A DNA stretch of 64,000 nt, taken from contig NC_087252.1 in assembly GCF_037042905.1 (NCBI RefSeq), positions 13,518,001-13,582,000 on the forward strand. The letters are read 5' to 3'. Positions 12,838 through 25,526 of the stretch are shown here, piece after piece; within the stretch, counting starts at the first letter, position 1; the number at the start of each line of letters is the position of its first letter. The stretch is from Lytechinus pictus. Its lineage: Eukaryota. Both the position numbers and the translations under genes were made by a program. Under the pieces are notes generated by a model. The model was not told the DNA's origin. It saw only the letters and a list, made by a program, of their open reading frames with translations, and ran no database searches.

Positions 12838-12910
12838 ACGTAAGCTGTCCTGTTATCACATCAACAAGGAGAGAGAACGCAACACAGACGTAAAAGAAAT
12901 AAGCCGCCAT
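12838..12910 (-). CDS. IgSF gene, coding exon 1 (signal peptide)
   Basis: aagATGG start 9 nt after acceptor ttcgcag (exon edge 12919); MAAYFFYVCVAFSLLVDVITGQLT hydrophobic leader; donor T|gtaagt phase 1 matches the next exon; not in the ORF track. Confidence 0.75.
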
Positions 12911-14215
12911 CTTGAAAACCTGCGAACAGAATACATACAATTTGACTACTTTTTTTTTACATAATAAAAGCCCCCTTTTTACATAGAAAGTTTATAGCCA
13001 ATGCGTAATGGGTAAACTGAAGGATCTCCATCGAAATTGATTTTTTTTTCATTTGAACGTAAATGAAAACGCAATAGGATCGTACACAGGAAAAAAATAC
13101 ATAAAAAGTCTATGGTGGTAGGTTATAGTGATGATTGTTTTAAATAATAATCAATAAGTTGGGAGGACCAAACACGAAGAACAAACACCATCACTGTAGA
13201 TGATTTGCCAAGCAAAAACGTTGAAACGCAATGAAATGTTAGAATGACGTCATTAGGGACGTACTGAGATCATGGGATGTAAAACGTATCGTTCACTATA
13301 TGCGCGGAGATCAAACACTTTTATTGCAATCAAGAATGTTATGGCGAAAGAAGGGTCTTCCAATTACACTCTTCACGCTTCTACTGCCATACCTAACACC
13401 TCGGATTCGAAATGTTCCACTATTTGAAATGTATTTATTCGTGAACATGGTGAAAGGTGGTGGAAACAGAATTCCGGAAAGTGAAAAACGTAAAATTTTA
13501 ATGGAATAAAGCAGAAGGTAGTCGAGAAGGGATATAAGATTAATGAATTAAGGTGCGTTAAGGATGTGGAAAGCTTTTTTGAATGGTCGATTTTTTTTTA
13601 TTAATCGAGTCTGTTGTAAAGGGGTACACTCTGATAAGTAAACACAGGTATGTGCATGTGGGAGATCGGGTATGTGCGTGTAAGGGCTGTGTGTGTGTGT
13701 GAGGCTGATGGCTGATGCGTGCACGCACATGTGGGTGCTTTTATGTGTTTTGGAGCGGTGGCGTGTGTGAGGGTGTGTGTAAGTAGGTAAGCATGGGTGT
13801 TCAGTGGTTTAATTGTGGGTGAGGGAGTGTGCGTGTGTGTGTTACTGCAAGACGATTAAAAAACCACAGGGAAAAAAGTTTATCGACAAAAGGAATTTCG
13901 CATTGTCTTATTTTTGTAGCGCCCTTTACAGAAGTGCAAAGTGCCTATTATTACGTGAGTGTGTTTTCAAATGCTTTTGAAAATAATTCCTGTTTTTCAT
14001 AAATGTTATTATGATTACCTTTCTGTCTATCATCATTATCACAAACACTATTGCTATCATCATCTTCATTAGATGACGACAATAACAGTGATGGTAATGA
14101 TAATGATAATAATCACGATATTGATAATCCAAATAATTACGATTATAATGAATAATTATAAAGTAATTTCCCTTTTAATAGTAAATTTCAGATTAAATAC
14201 GTTCTAAATACTATA

Positions 14216-15270
14216 TAGTAGAGCGGATAAGCCGAACAATTGTGCAAATTATGACTAAAGCATGAAACTTTCACAAGTATTAGTATATGCCGTAAGATTT
14301 ATTTTAAAGATGGGAGGTAAATTTATAAATGCCATTTTCGGCCGTTGCCATGGCAACGGATTAATTTCTCCAAAATAACGTACATTCCCATGTAAACGGT
14401 AAATGAACATGATATAGATGACCAAAATGATAATTTTCAGGCTCCCAATTGAATACATATGAAATTTAGAAATATTCAAGATCACCAAGACAGTTCCACT
14501 TGGTCCGTTGCCATGGCAACAGCTTGTTTTTTTCCCAGAAAAAAAATTGATTAAAATAACGTTTTAGCATATGATTTATCTTTAATTTCCCCTAATTTTA
14601 CAGTTTTAAACAAAGATATTTTGGTTGCTAAATGAAAACATTACATCTCAAGCCATTGCCATGGCAACCAAATAACATCTAATTAACAAAAATAACATGG
14701 TTGCCAAGACAATGGACAGGTGGAAAATACAATTGGAATTGACTTAATCTGTATGCTTAAGTTTTGACCCCCTCATTTGAAAAAAAAATACAGAAAGTGT
14801 TCTGCAGGAGTTCTTTATAGAGATACAAAATTATGTTGCTTTGGTAATGCTTGAATTAAATTTGAAGAAAAAAAAATAGTTGCAAAGGGTCCGTTGCCAT
14901 GGCAACAGCTTATTTCCCTCTAGAAAGGTAAAAATATTGAAAAAAATGTAGAATACATGTATGATCATCATTCAATTTTCAATAATTTTAAGGTACTAAT
15001 CGAGATATGTTTGTGACTAAGTTTATAAATATAACATCTTAAGCCATTGCCATGGCAACCAGATAACATCTAATTTAAAAAACAACAACATGGATGACAA
15101 GGTTATGGATAGGTGAAAAATACAATGATAATTAACTTAATGTACATGCATAAATTTACCTCCCATCTTTAAAATAAATCTTACGGCATATACTAATACT
15201 TGTGAAAGTTTCATGCTTTAGTCAAAATTTGCACAATTGTTGTGATTTTAGGAGCTTATCCGCTTTACTA
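14216..15270. mobile_element. Non-autonomous DNA transposon, Academ-like
   Basis: TAG...CTA termini, 3-bp ATA duplication on both sides, ~110 bp terminal inverted repeats, internal ~385 bp direct repeat, five RTTGCCATGGCAAC motifs. Confidence 0.75.
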
Positions 15271-17732
15271 ATACTAAGTGTTTAACAAAAGTTTACCGAT
15301 GACTCTACAATAGTATGACATATTAGCCCTATTCAAACTTTCTTGTAACATGTATGTAATTGCTTTTGATAATTCTGAAGGAAAGAAATCATTTAGATTT
15401 TAACCATCTCGATAGTCAGGGGTGGTATTCTGAAAATCGTGTTAACTTTGATGTTAAATATCTCTCTGATTTAACACTCCCCCAACATACCCCAAATCGG
15501 TATTCTGAAAACGGTGTTTTCTGCGTACTATCTCATTTCGTCGGGGAGGGGTAATTGTGGCAATTAAGAATGGATTATTTCAGACATAATGGGTACGAAA
15601 GTATAGGAGACAGAGGCCCCGATCGATTGTGGAGGGGGAATGGGGGATCACCTCATGAAAATATGGGGGACAAACATATCTAAGGTAAAGAAAATGGATT
15701 TTCACTCTTGGTAACCTTCTTCGTATACTGATGTGTTGGGTCATTTTGCAGTCAATCGCTCAAACTTTGAGTTCTCTCTGGCAGTGCACCTAAACCATTT
15801 ACCCCCTCCCATGGGATTTGTACGGGGGACACCCAGTTCTACTAAACGATTTGTTAATATATTTCACTAGTACTTTTTATCTATGATTAATGCCAAGGTC
15901 GCTCATTCATTCCTGTAGAAAATGAATGTTTATAAGGAAAACAATGAAATAATTTTACTCCGCTTTTGTTCGAAATAAGGAAATATATCGTAGGCCTACA
16001 GGTATAATAACTTTTGTCGGCCTAGATTTTGATTTGGCCGCTATGACTGTGGCTTCTTTTGCACTACCAGCTGCTCCGAATGCCACAACGTTTGCATTTC
16101 CAGTCACTTAATTTCAATTCATTTCAATTTAATCAAATCAATTTCATTTCATTCCATTTGTTTTCATAAAATTTCATTTTATTTCATTCCATTTCAACCC
16201 ATTATATTTCTTTTCATTTCATGTCATTCCTATTCAAATAAATTATGCTTATTTATATTCTAGGTTAAAAGGAAATTATCAGTTATTATATAAACAGTGC
16301 AATGTCACAAAAACAGACAAAATATGGATATTAAAATGAAGGGTAAAAAATAAAACAAGAATCCGTACAAAACGTTGATCCTAAAACTTAGAACATAATT
16401 ACACATGTTAATTATCCAAAGACACATGATATTAGTAAAACACCAACGTTAATTACATACATTTAAGAAAGCGTACAAATAAAATTGCGGATCCGTAGAA
16501 ACATGAAATATTGATTAAACAAACCTTAGTACATATATTTACTAAAGCTTTAAAATAAATTTTTCAATACAAACTTAGAAGATGCCTTTTATTGCTCGTT
16601 TAAGTGAAAAAAGAGATGGGCAGGCTTTAAATGGTTAAGCAAGGCCAGTGCAACCGAACACCTTTGAATTACAAGCATCCTTTCAATGATTGCTTTTCCT
16701 GACATTTATGAATGAATTATTAATCATGACCTTGAACTCATTAGAAAGGATGGTTAAATTATTATCACATGAATTCAAGGATAAGTAGCACGTTCATCGA
16801 TGATCATTCTATTTTTTTTTCGTGAAAACGTTGGCTACCGAGGCTGATTAAAAACAATATCATTTAATAGTAAACCTTACATGTTATACATTTGAGGCGT
16901 CCAAAATCAATTTTTTTCGTGTTTAGTTTTGTTTTATAAAACGTCTTCTCATTTACCAAATTATGATATTCAATGAAAAATGAGCCCCAAACTGATGCAG
17001 TCAGTGTTTCCATTATCTTTAAACAGTCTCTGAGTCATAATTAAAACACGAAACACAACAATACTAGACTGAAATACCATAAATCACAATACGATAAAAA
17101 GCGAAGTAAAGGAATTCAGGAAATGAAAGTATGTTTCGCAATTATTGTGACCTGTAAGAATTTTAAAAAGATTGTTCACTGATTCGTGACGGAAAATGAT
17201 AAAAAAAACATCCAACAATCTTCCAAACAAAAATGACAACAGGAGTTGGCCTATTCATTAAAAATACCGAATCGATATAAAGTCAACAAAATGAAACAAT
17301 AAAATGTGACGTCAAGGAATTCAGTCTTTTTTACGTCAAAATCTTAAATAAATAAATCGTAAATAAAAAATAGAAATAGACATTATGTAAATCTTGTACA
17401 AGAAAAATAGACTCTGTTTTACAAGAGTAATAAGTAAGAAGTTTAATAGTCGAACAAAAACACGACAATTCAACAAGTGAAATCTACATCATCCAAATAA
17501 AACTCACCATACTCCTAGTCGACATGGAATCAACAAAAGTTAGTTCCTAGACGTCACGGAATAAATAACGTACAAGGAAAACACACAAACATACACCAAC
17601 ACTGTTTTGCAATCATAATCCGTAAGCTGTTTGAAAATGTTAAAAGATTGATCCATGATCGGTAATAAGAAAAACGTCGAACGAAACCACTGAACGATTC
17701 CCAATTATAAAAAAATTATCAGGAATACTCAC

Positions 17733-18130
17733 CTTGATACCCAGAAGCGATTTAAAGTTATTAGACGTCACGAATTCCAGAAAAAGGAATATTTGCTTAA
17801 CAATGGTAATCCGTAGAAGTAAATGATTGATGGTTACAATAACCACGGCGCTTCAGCAAGTCCCTACCATCAAGCAGAAAACAGACATTGAGCAACGATT
17901 TGATAAATGCCTAAGACAGCATCCGAGTCAGACTTGAGTGAGATGTATTATTTAGTCACCCTTCAATCCCGGCGTGGGATCGTTACCAGGTACGCACCAG
18001 TATTACCTAACATCCGAACCGAGTCCGTAAGTCATGAATGATGTGTGTGCACCCGCAGAAAGACAGTCAGCCTACACATTCAGATTGATGCATTAAGTAG
18101 AACACACTGATGAAGAATGAGCGTGCAAGG
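17733..18130 (-). other. Possible non-coding 5' exon of the IgSF gene
   Basis: Consensus donor AAG|gtgagt at 17733/17732 upstream of an exon that begins with an acceptor; 5' boundary is a guess. Confidence 0.25.
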
Positions 18131-19512
18131 TAAGCTAAAGGCAGGTTTTGGCGCCGTTTTGTTGGTGGCATAGCATTCGCGCGCTCTATGAAATGGATCC
18201 GCCCCACAGCCCCCACTCATAGGCTTATACTATACTTAGCTCCAGAGTTTGAAAAGGTCGTTATATGGAAGTACGCTCTAACTAAGTAATGAAGGCTAAG
18301 TTTTGTACCTTTAGTAAAACAGTGGCTTTACTGGGGTGTAATCATGCACCATTAATGATAAGAGGGGCGAAAATTTACTTGTTATTGTTTACACCCAGAA
18401 CTCGATCGTTTGCAACCTAAAAGTTGCAACTGTGCACCGTCTATGGTAATTATATATATGGAATAATTACGCTTAAAAAAGTTCCAATGAGTATCTTCCT
18501 TTAAAGGTCAATTCATATTTGATCAAATTTTCAATATTATGTTTTTGATTTTTCTCTTTTAATTCAAATCAACTTTTTGTTGGGATGGACTTGTCCTTTA
18601 AAGGGTTTTCTGTAATATTTAGGGTGCATAAATCACTTTTTAGGATATTATTTTCTATGGAGGAGGGGGTGTCCTGAAGACTTCCAGTTTAAATTTTCGA
18701 GACAAGATCGTAAGGCTTGTTATTTGCGAGCGCGAAGCGCGTGTTGAATATTTTTACTTACTTTCAGGATACTGCCTAACTCCCCCCAAAAGTGGTCAAA
18801 CGGGCAGGATATTTTGGATATACCTGAAAATGAAGATTTTAAAAACCTTTCTAATTCTACACAATTTCCATGTGTCGCCCTTTGATTCTGTGTTAAACAA
18901 CTGTATGCCAATTCCGATCTGGAAAAAAAGGCTGTATTACTTCCTCATATAGGTTACACCAATCAAATATTCATTGGTACTCATATCACATCACGGCTTG
19001 GGCGGAGAGTTGCCATTATAATTGGAAAGGCATGTAGGTGCGTGATTGAGACACGCTCGAACGGCATATCGGCAAGCAACTCCCCCTAAACTCCCCGGAC
19101 GGGTCTCCGGAGAGAGGCTCTCTGTAGTCCAACCGCATAACCCCCATAATTTGGTAATATCTAAATTCAAGTGCAGTCTGCAAATTATATCGTCTGCATA
19201 TTAGGCAATGCATCCTAGAAGAGTAAATGAAGCAACTGCTTATGCTAAATTAAGATCAGAATTTGGAGTCGATTCAATTCATCCATTGCCTTGACTCATT
19301 TTCTAACAATAACATTACTGACAATTATGCTCCATTACTTGAGTGGCAGTGGCGCTGCGCTGGGGTCGATGAAGGACTCGAGCAGGAGGAGGGGAGAAGG
19401 TTTACTTCCCCATATATTTTTTTCCACAAAAGTGGTATTTTGAAGTTCGATTCATGTACTCTTTTCTATCAAAAACATTCAACGATATACATTCATGATA
19501 TAAACAGACCAG

Positions 19513-19783
19513 GGCCCTGTCTTACAAAGAGTTACGATTGATCGAATCAATCGTAACTCTATGGAAATCCATCAATGTCATAATTTTGTCTACAAGAAAT
19601 TTGCAAGATGTCCTTTGTAAACAAAGGAGAACATACCAAATTGCCAAGAAATTAATGAATGTATGGATATACATTCATATCTAGAAAAAAAATTGAGCAA
19701 ACATACATGTTATATGTTGATTTTGCTTGCTTTCCATAATTGCGATTGATCGGATCAATCGCAACTCTTTGTAAGACGGGCCC
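19513..19783. mobile_element. MITE (Harbinger-like, CAG duplication)
   Basis: ggccctgtcttacaaagagtt / aactctttgtaagacgggccc inverted termini flanked by cag. Confidence 0.75.
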
Positions 19784-21360
19784 CAGGTATACATGTATAC
19801 AGATAAAATAAATGTAGAAAGCTTTAAAAGCATGTAAAGGACAGTTATCTAAAAATCAAGCTAAATACATTCTAATTACATACGATTAATAAATGGCGCA
19901 TATATTTTGAATTCAACATCTTGCCCCCTTTCTTACTTCCTCCTCGCCCCCTATTTCTTTCTCAGTTAGAATAGCACCAATCAATTTAATCATAGGATTG
20001 CATTTTTCAACATTTTGTTTTGCATCGAATGATACTTTTTACTCCAAAAGAAGGCGTTTTTACATATATGATACCAGCATAGATCCCAGGAATTATATGG
20101 ATTTTGGGGTCAGACAGTCAAAGGTGAAGTCGCCACCTTCCACTTTTCTTGCTTGACCAGTAACTCCATTTTCCGCGTTACAGGCGGGCGTATTATGTAC
20201 TCGCCTTAGCGACACTCTTGTTAACGGAATGTACACGATTGTACACTTTTTGTTGTTCAGTAGGCCTATAACAAGACACACAATTTGATGTATCACTCGA
20301 CACAATCGGACCATATTAAGAAATGGCCCCTATTGACCCAATTCTGACCCGTAACATGATCAACATGACCATTAGAAATTTGTCACCAAGTTGAAAGCTG
20401 TTCCTTGTGATATCACCAATCACATAATAGTGAAAAAGTAGACGGCATATGCTGCCGGACTATATTATGTACAACAATGGTACAACACACATCAACGATC
20501 ATCGTTCGCGATTGTTTTATTAGGACCTTTATAATGTAATCCAATCATTTTAACCTGTCACGTTGGCCTGGGTAATTCCAGTGTTTGTTCATGTCTGCGT
20601 CAAATATGTTAGCCTAAATGTTTGACCATATTTGGTAATACAAATATTGGAAATAACGATGATGAATTTGTACATCGTACGATTGGCAAATACCGGGGCA
20701 ATTACATTAATTGCGACGCCCCCTTTTAGTCAGGTAACAATAGCTAGATAGCCTTCCTACCCTGTATCACTCCGCACAATTTGAAAAAGATGAGTCTTAA
20801 TTTTATTTAAAATAATCCTCTTCTTTAAAAAAATAGTTACAACGCCAAAACCTTTTAATGGTAAATAGTTATTTATATGGAAATAATCGAATATAAAAGT
20901 TTCAAATGACAGACACTTGATACATGCGTAATATCATCTTTTGAACTACTTTATTCTAAAGTGGAAGGATATATTTCCACCCCTATAAGTTTGGGCGCAG
21001 GGGACTTGATCCGCACACTCATAGCGAGAAATGCGTGGAGTGCAGGTGGATAACAACGCAGTGGATATGCGATTCAAGTAAGTAAACGTTTTTTTTTTTA
21101 CATTTTCATATTCGAGTTCTATGCAGGTCTACATATAGCAGGTCTGTGTGGTGTTTTATTATATTTACCTGGTAATTTCGTTCACATTTATTGGGTTCCA
21201 TAGGCCTGATCATTGGTTCATATCTCACTATTGGTAGAGAAGGGTGATACCAGTACTGAAAATAAAAAAGTCATGTGTTTTGTTTTCTGCTGGAAATCAT
21301 TTCAAAACAAATTCCTAATGCGTTTATTCAGTTCAATTTTCTGTTTTATGTTTTGACTAA

Positions 21361-24060
21361 CCGCCCTTTCACACGGTAAAAAATCGTAATTTGAGTGATG
21401 ACTCCAAGTGAGACATAAATTAGTGACGAATTTTTAGCACGTGTGAAACCAAACTACAGTGCGCCCCCCCCAAAAAAAAATATATATATACACTTTTGAA
21501 ATGGCTGCCAAATAAAAAAAAATCATTTCGGGGGGAAGCACCTACATGTATGGAAGCCAATAAAGTCAACTTTCAAATGACAGCAAAAAGTTGGAAAACT
21601 ATTCATGCTTGAGCGAGCACTGCCCATTCAAACAAATGGTATGAAAATTAGGCTGGGCAGGAATTAGCCTTCCAATTTCTGTCAGTTTTTGAGAGGCAAA
21701 TCCTTTGGAACTTGCAAAGTTAAAGGTGTTGTGATAAATTCATGATCAATCGTGAACAATTTTGGTTCTTTAAGCAAATTTCATAAATTATCAAATTGAA
21801 CTTTAATGCATGAGTGAACACAAATTGTACTTTTTGGGGCAGCATTTTAACTTTTATCATGCGGATCTCAGCAATGAGTTCATGGGAGTCGGAAGAATAG
21901 GTGACATAGGACTTAAGTGGAAGAAGTAGGTTAATGGAATAAGGGTCAATAGAACATGTAGCCCCCCCCCCCTCCCGACCTCCCGCTCTCTTGCCCTCCC
22001 GTCCTGTCGAAAGACTGATTGCTATTACAGGTACACATGAAGTCTAGAGCAGAATGTTGATTTACTGGTAAATTCTGAAAATTGGGGCATCAACTTTTGC
22101 AGGTCTATCAATCATTTAATCAAACATTTATCAATAAATCAATGTGCAATGTGATCAAACATTAATTTTTCAATAAATTATTTCATAAATCATCATAATC
22201 AGGCAATTTCTTGGTAATCATTATGAAAAACTGACCATCTGCCACTGGTTACTTGGCGGTTAAGTTTTGAATAGGCTACCATCCAGACGAGAGACAGAGG
22301 GAGAGAGGGGGAGCCGGGGAAGTGGAGGTGGAGGGGGTACATGGCTTTTAATTTTTAAAATGACACAAAGCAACATAATGTCCTTTAACCAAGGCTTACC
22401 ATATCTCACGCTCTTGCTTGTAACAGGTACAATCACATTACTCTGACCCTCACGAACACACTGCTGAGGTCCACAACATAAATATAAAATGCTACACTTA
22501 AATTACAATTCCTCCTGTTCACTCATGCATTAAATTTTAATTTAGTAACTGAAATTTGCATAAGAAACAAAAACTTATCACTCATTAATTTAGCATAACA
22601 CACCCTTAGGTCTGCAAGTTCCAAAGGACTATAACTTCTCAACAAAAAAAAAACTGGAAGGCTAAATCCTGCCCAGCCTAGCCGAGCTTAGTCTCTCAGG
22701 AGGAGAGAAGTGGAGGGTAGAGATGGAGGGAGGGGTTGCTAAATGTTCTGTTGACCTTTATCCCATCAACGTAGTTCACCTACTTAAGTCCTATGATCTT
22801 ATTAAATATTCTCCTGACTCTCATGAACACATTGCTGAGATCCACATGATAAAGTCAAAATGCGGCACTAAAAATTGCAATTCATGATCACTCATGCATT
22901 AAATTTCAATTTAGTAACACATGAAATTTTCTCAAACAACAAACTGATTACAATTGATCATTAATTTATCACGAAACCCTCAACCGTGCAAGTAAAAAAA
23001 CAACAAAGGAAATTAAAAGGCTAATTCCTGACAAGCCTCATTTTCATACCCCATGTTTAAACGGGCAGAGTTCACTCAAGCATGAATAGATATCCAACTT
23101 TTTGGTGTATTTGAAATGTTATTTTATTACCTTTTCATATATATAAGTCGTTCACCCAAAGTGATATATTTTCTTATTTGGCAGCGATTTCAAAAGTGTA
23201 TAGTTTTGGGGGAACGCACTGTAGAATCACGAACGCTAATCACAATCACGAATTCAAATTCTACTCTGGAGGTGAATTCAAGTTAAGTTTCACTCAAATT
23301 ACGTTACGAATTTCACGTCTTTTTGGGACGGAGCATACGTGTCCTTTCAAGCACTTCCGTACAATTGCCATAAACTCATCGTATCGATGCAGTGCTTTGA
23401 TTGGCATGTCATCAAGGACACATACCGCCTTCGCTCGTGAATTCGAATTCAATTTTTGCTTGTCAACAAATTTTGCTGGTCCCCCTACATTTTTTGGCTT
23501 CCGCCGCTATTGCCCATAGACTTGTGTGTTAATTGGCACTTTTGAAAAATTCATAAAAAATAAACGTGAAAATAGAGGGTCAAATGTTTACTACCATTAG
23601 ATAGGATATATATCTTACATGACATATCTGGCCAGAGAAGGGTATCGTAGCCAGCTCATTTTAAAAATAAATCGCAATTTATAAAGATAACTATAATGGG
23701 ATCAAATTTATCAACTGAAACAGTAAAATAGCCCTAATTCTTCCGCCAGCCAGAAAATAGTTCCAAAGCCATTTTATATCTTCCCAATTTGGGCAAAGGA
23801 AGTTCAGTAGTTACCATTTCTAGAATCAGTGTTAGGTTTTCAATTATATTCATACACTTTTGTCAATCAGCAATATCAAATTGGAAAAAAAAATCGAGTG
23901 GGTTGGGTCGAACGAATATCTTTAGCCCTCCTGTTGTAATTAGGCTCATGGAACCTCAAATCACAGTTTTTGAGTGAGCGTGTGAAAGGTCCGATGATTC
24001 TAAAAACGAATTGCAATCATCAATACAATGATGATTCAAGACTCACGTGTGGAAAGGCCC
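21361..24060. mobile_element. Outer MITE (TAA-flanked) disrupted by nested insertions
   Basis: taa|ccgccctttcacacg ... cgtgtggaaaggccc|taa. Confidence 0.45.
21457..23221. mobile_element. Tc1/mariner-type non-autonomous element with long imperfect TIRs
   Basis: ta|cagtgcg ... cgcactg|ta; inverted similarity continues for several hundred bp (cacttttgaaat/atttcaaaagtg, ggacttaagt/acttaagtcc). Confidence 0.75.
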
Positions 24061-24859
24061 TAAGTCCAAGCAATCTCATATTCATTGTTTGTAGTGTGTT
24101 TCAATAATATACAGTATCTAACTACTTTATATCTTGTATAATTGAAATCTGGGACGTTGAAGCCACACGTTTGTATCTTTAGTAAAAAAAACATTCATCG
24201 ATGATATAAAATCGTACCTCATTCAAAAGTCTATTAAGAAGCAGTAATAAAATTTGTATAATTGTAATTTTTATTTGTTATCCATCTTCAGGTGCTACAG
24301 GTCATCTTCGATGAGACAACATAAAACAATGGAAACCAAACTTTCTAGGATGTGGGATGTATTCAATGAGCGATATAAAATAATTGAAATGTACTACAAA
24401 CAAGGAATATCAAAAAGCAATAAACAAAATAAAAATGAGTTATTGGTGAGATATTTTAAGCATGTTAATGAAATATATTACAGAATGTTGTCATAACGGG
24501 TTAGTATTGAAATAAGCATATGTTATTTTGTCAAATTTGTCGAGAATAGGCACACAAGGTTCCATTTGATATTGCTGGTAGAGAGTCTAGAGTTATCTGA
24601 ATTTAAATCTAACAAGTTGAAACAAAATGCGTTATATAGTTCATGGAAAAGTGGAATGGAAAGTAGTAGCATATGTTATATTATAAGGACACAAGAAGTG
24701 ACTAACATAAACATTTTTTATGAACTGTTGACAGAGTTCGTAATTTCATACAAATATAATGGTAAAGATATAAATTATGAAATAAGCAAATCCTTTTTCA
24801 TGAAATTAGTCAAGTGTAATTGGGGAAAAAAATATAGAAACTATTAACATATTCAATAA

Positions 24860-25262
24860 AAATACAAACAGAGGACGACGAAAGATATCGATTTAACGAT
24901 AAATGTTTTAATTCTGACTATACCAAGACTAAACAAGATACCCAAACCTCAGTAAGAATTTGAATTATCTGGTTTCAGAAACTGAAAATGAATTTATTAA
25001 ATACAGACAGTGGACGTAGAAATATATCGATTTAACGATAAATGTTTTAGTTCTGACTATACCAAGACTAAAAAAAGATACCCAAACCTTAGTAAGAATT
25101 TGAATTATCTGGTTTCAGAAACTGAAAATGAATTTACTAAAATACAGACAGTGGACGTAGAAAGATATCAATTTGACGATAAATGTTTTAAGAATGACAA
25201 TGACACGACTAAAAAATATACTCAAATCTCAGTAAGAATTTGAATTATCTGGTTTCAGAAAT
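24860..25262 (+). repeat. ~140 bp tandem repeat, about 3 copies
   Basis: aaatacagacagtggacgtagaaa...agtaagaatttgaattatctggtttcagaa recurs at ~24860, ~24999 and ~25140. Confidence 0.85.
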
Positions 25263-25526
25263 GAATGCCAGCTTTGATATTTATGCACCATTTATCAAAT
25301 CAAGGTGGTATAATAATTTTGATGCACCATTTATGTTTTCATGGTGTTATATTTATTTTCATGCACCATTTATTATCATGGTGTTATAATAAGTCTTATT
25401 TATGGGTCTTAAAAGGTAATATTATTTTTCAATTTAATTTTCATTATCTTGTTGCGACAAAACAATCCAGGTGAAAAACCAGAGATGGTGGCCAAAATTA
25501 CTCTGGAAAAACTGTGAGAGACCAAA

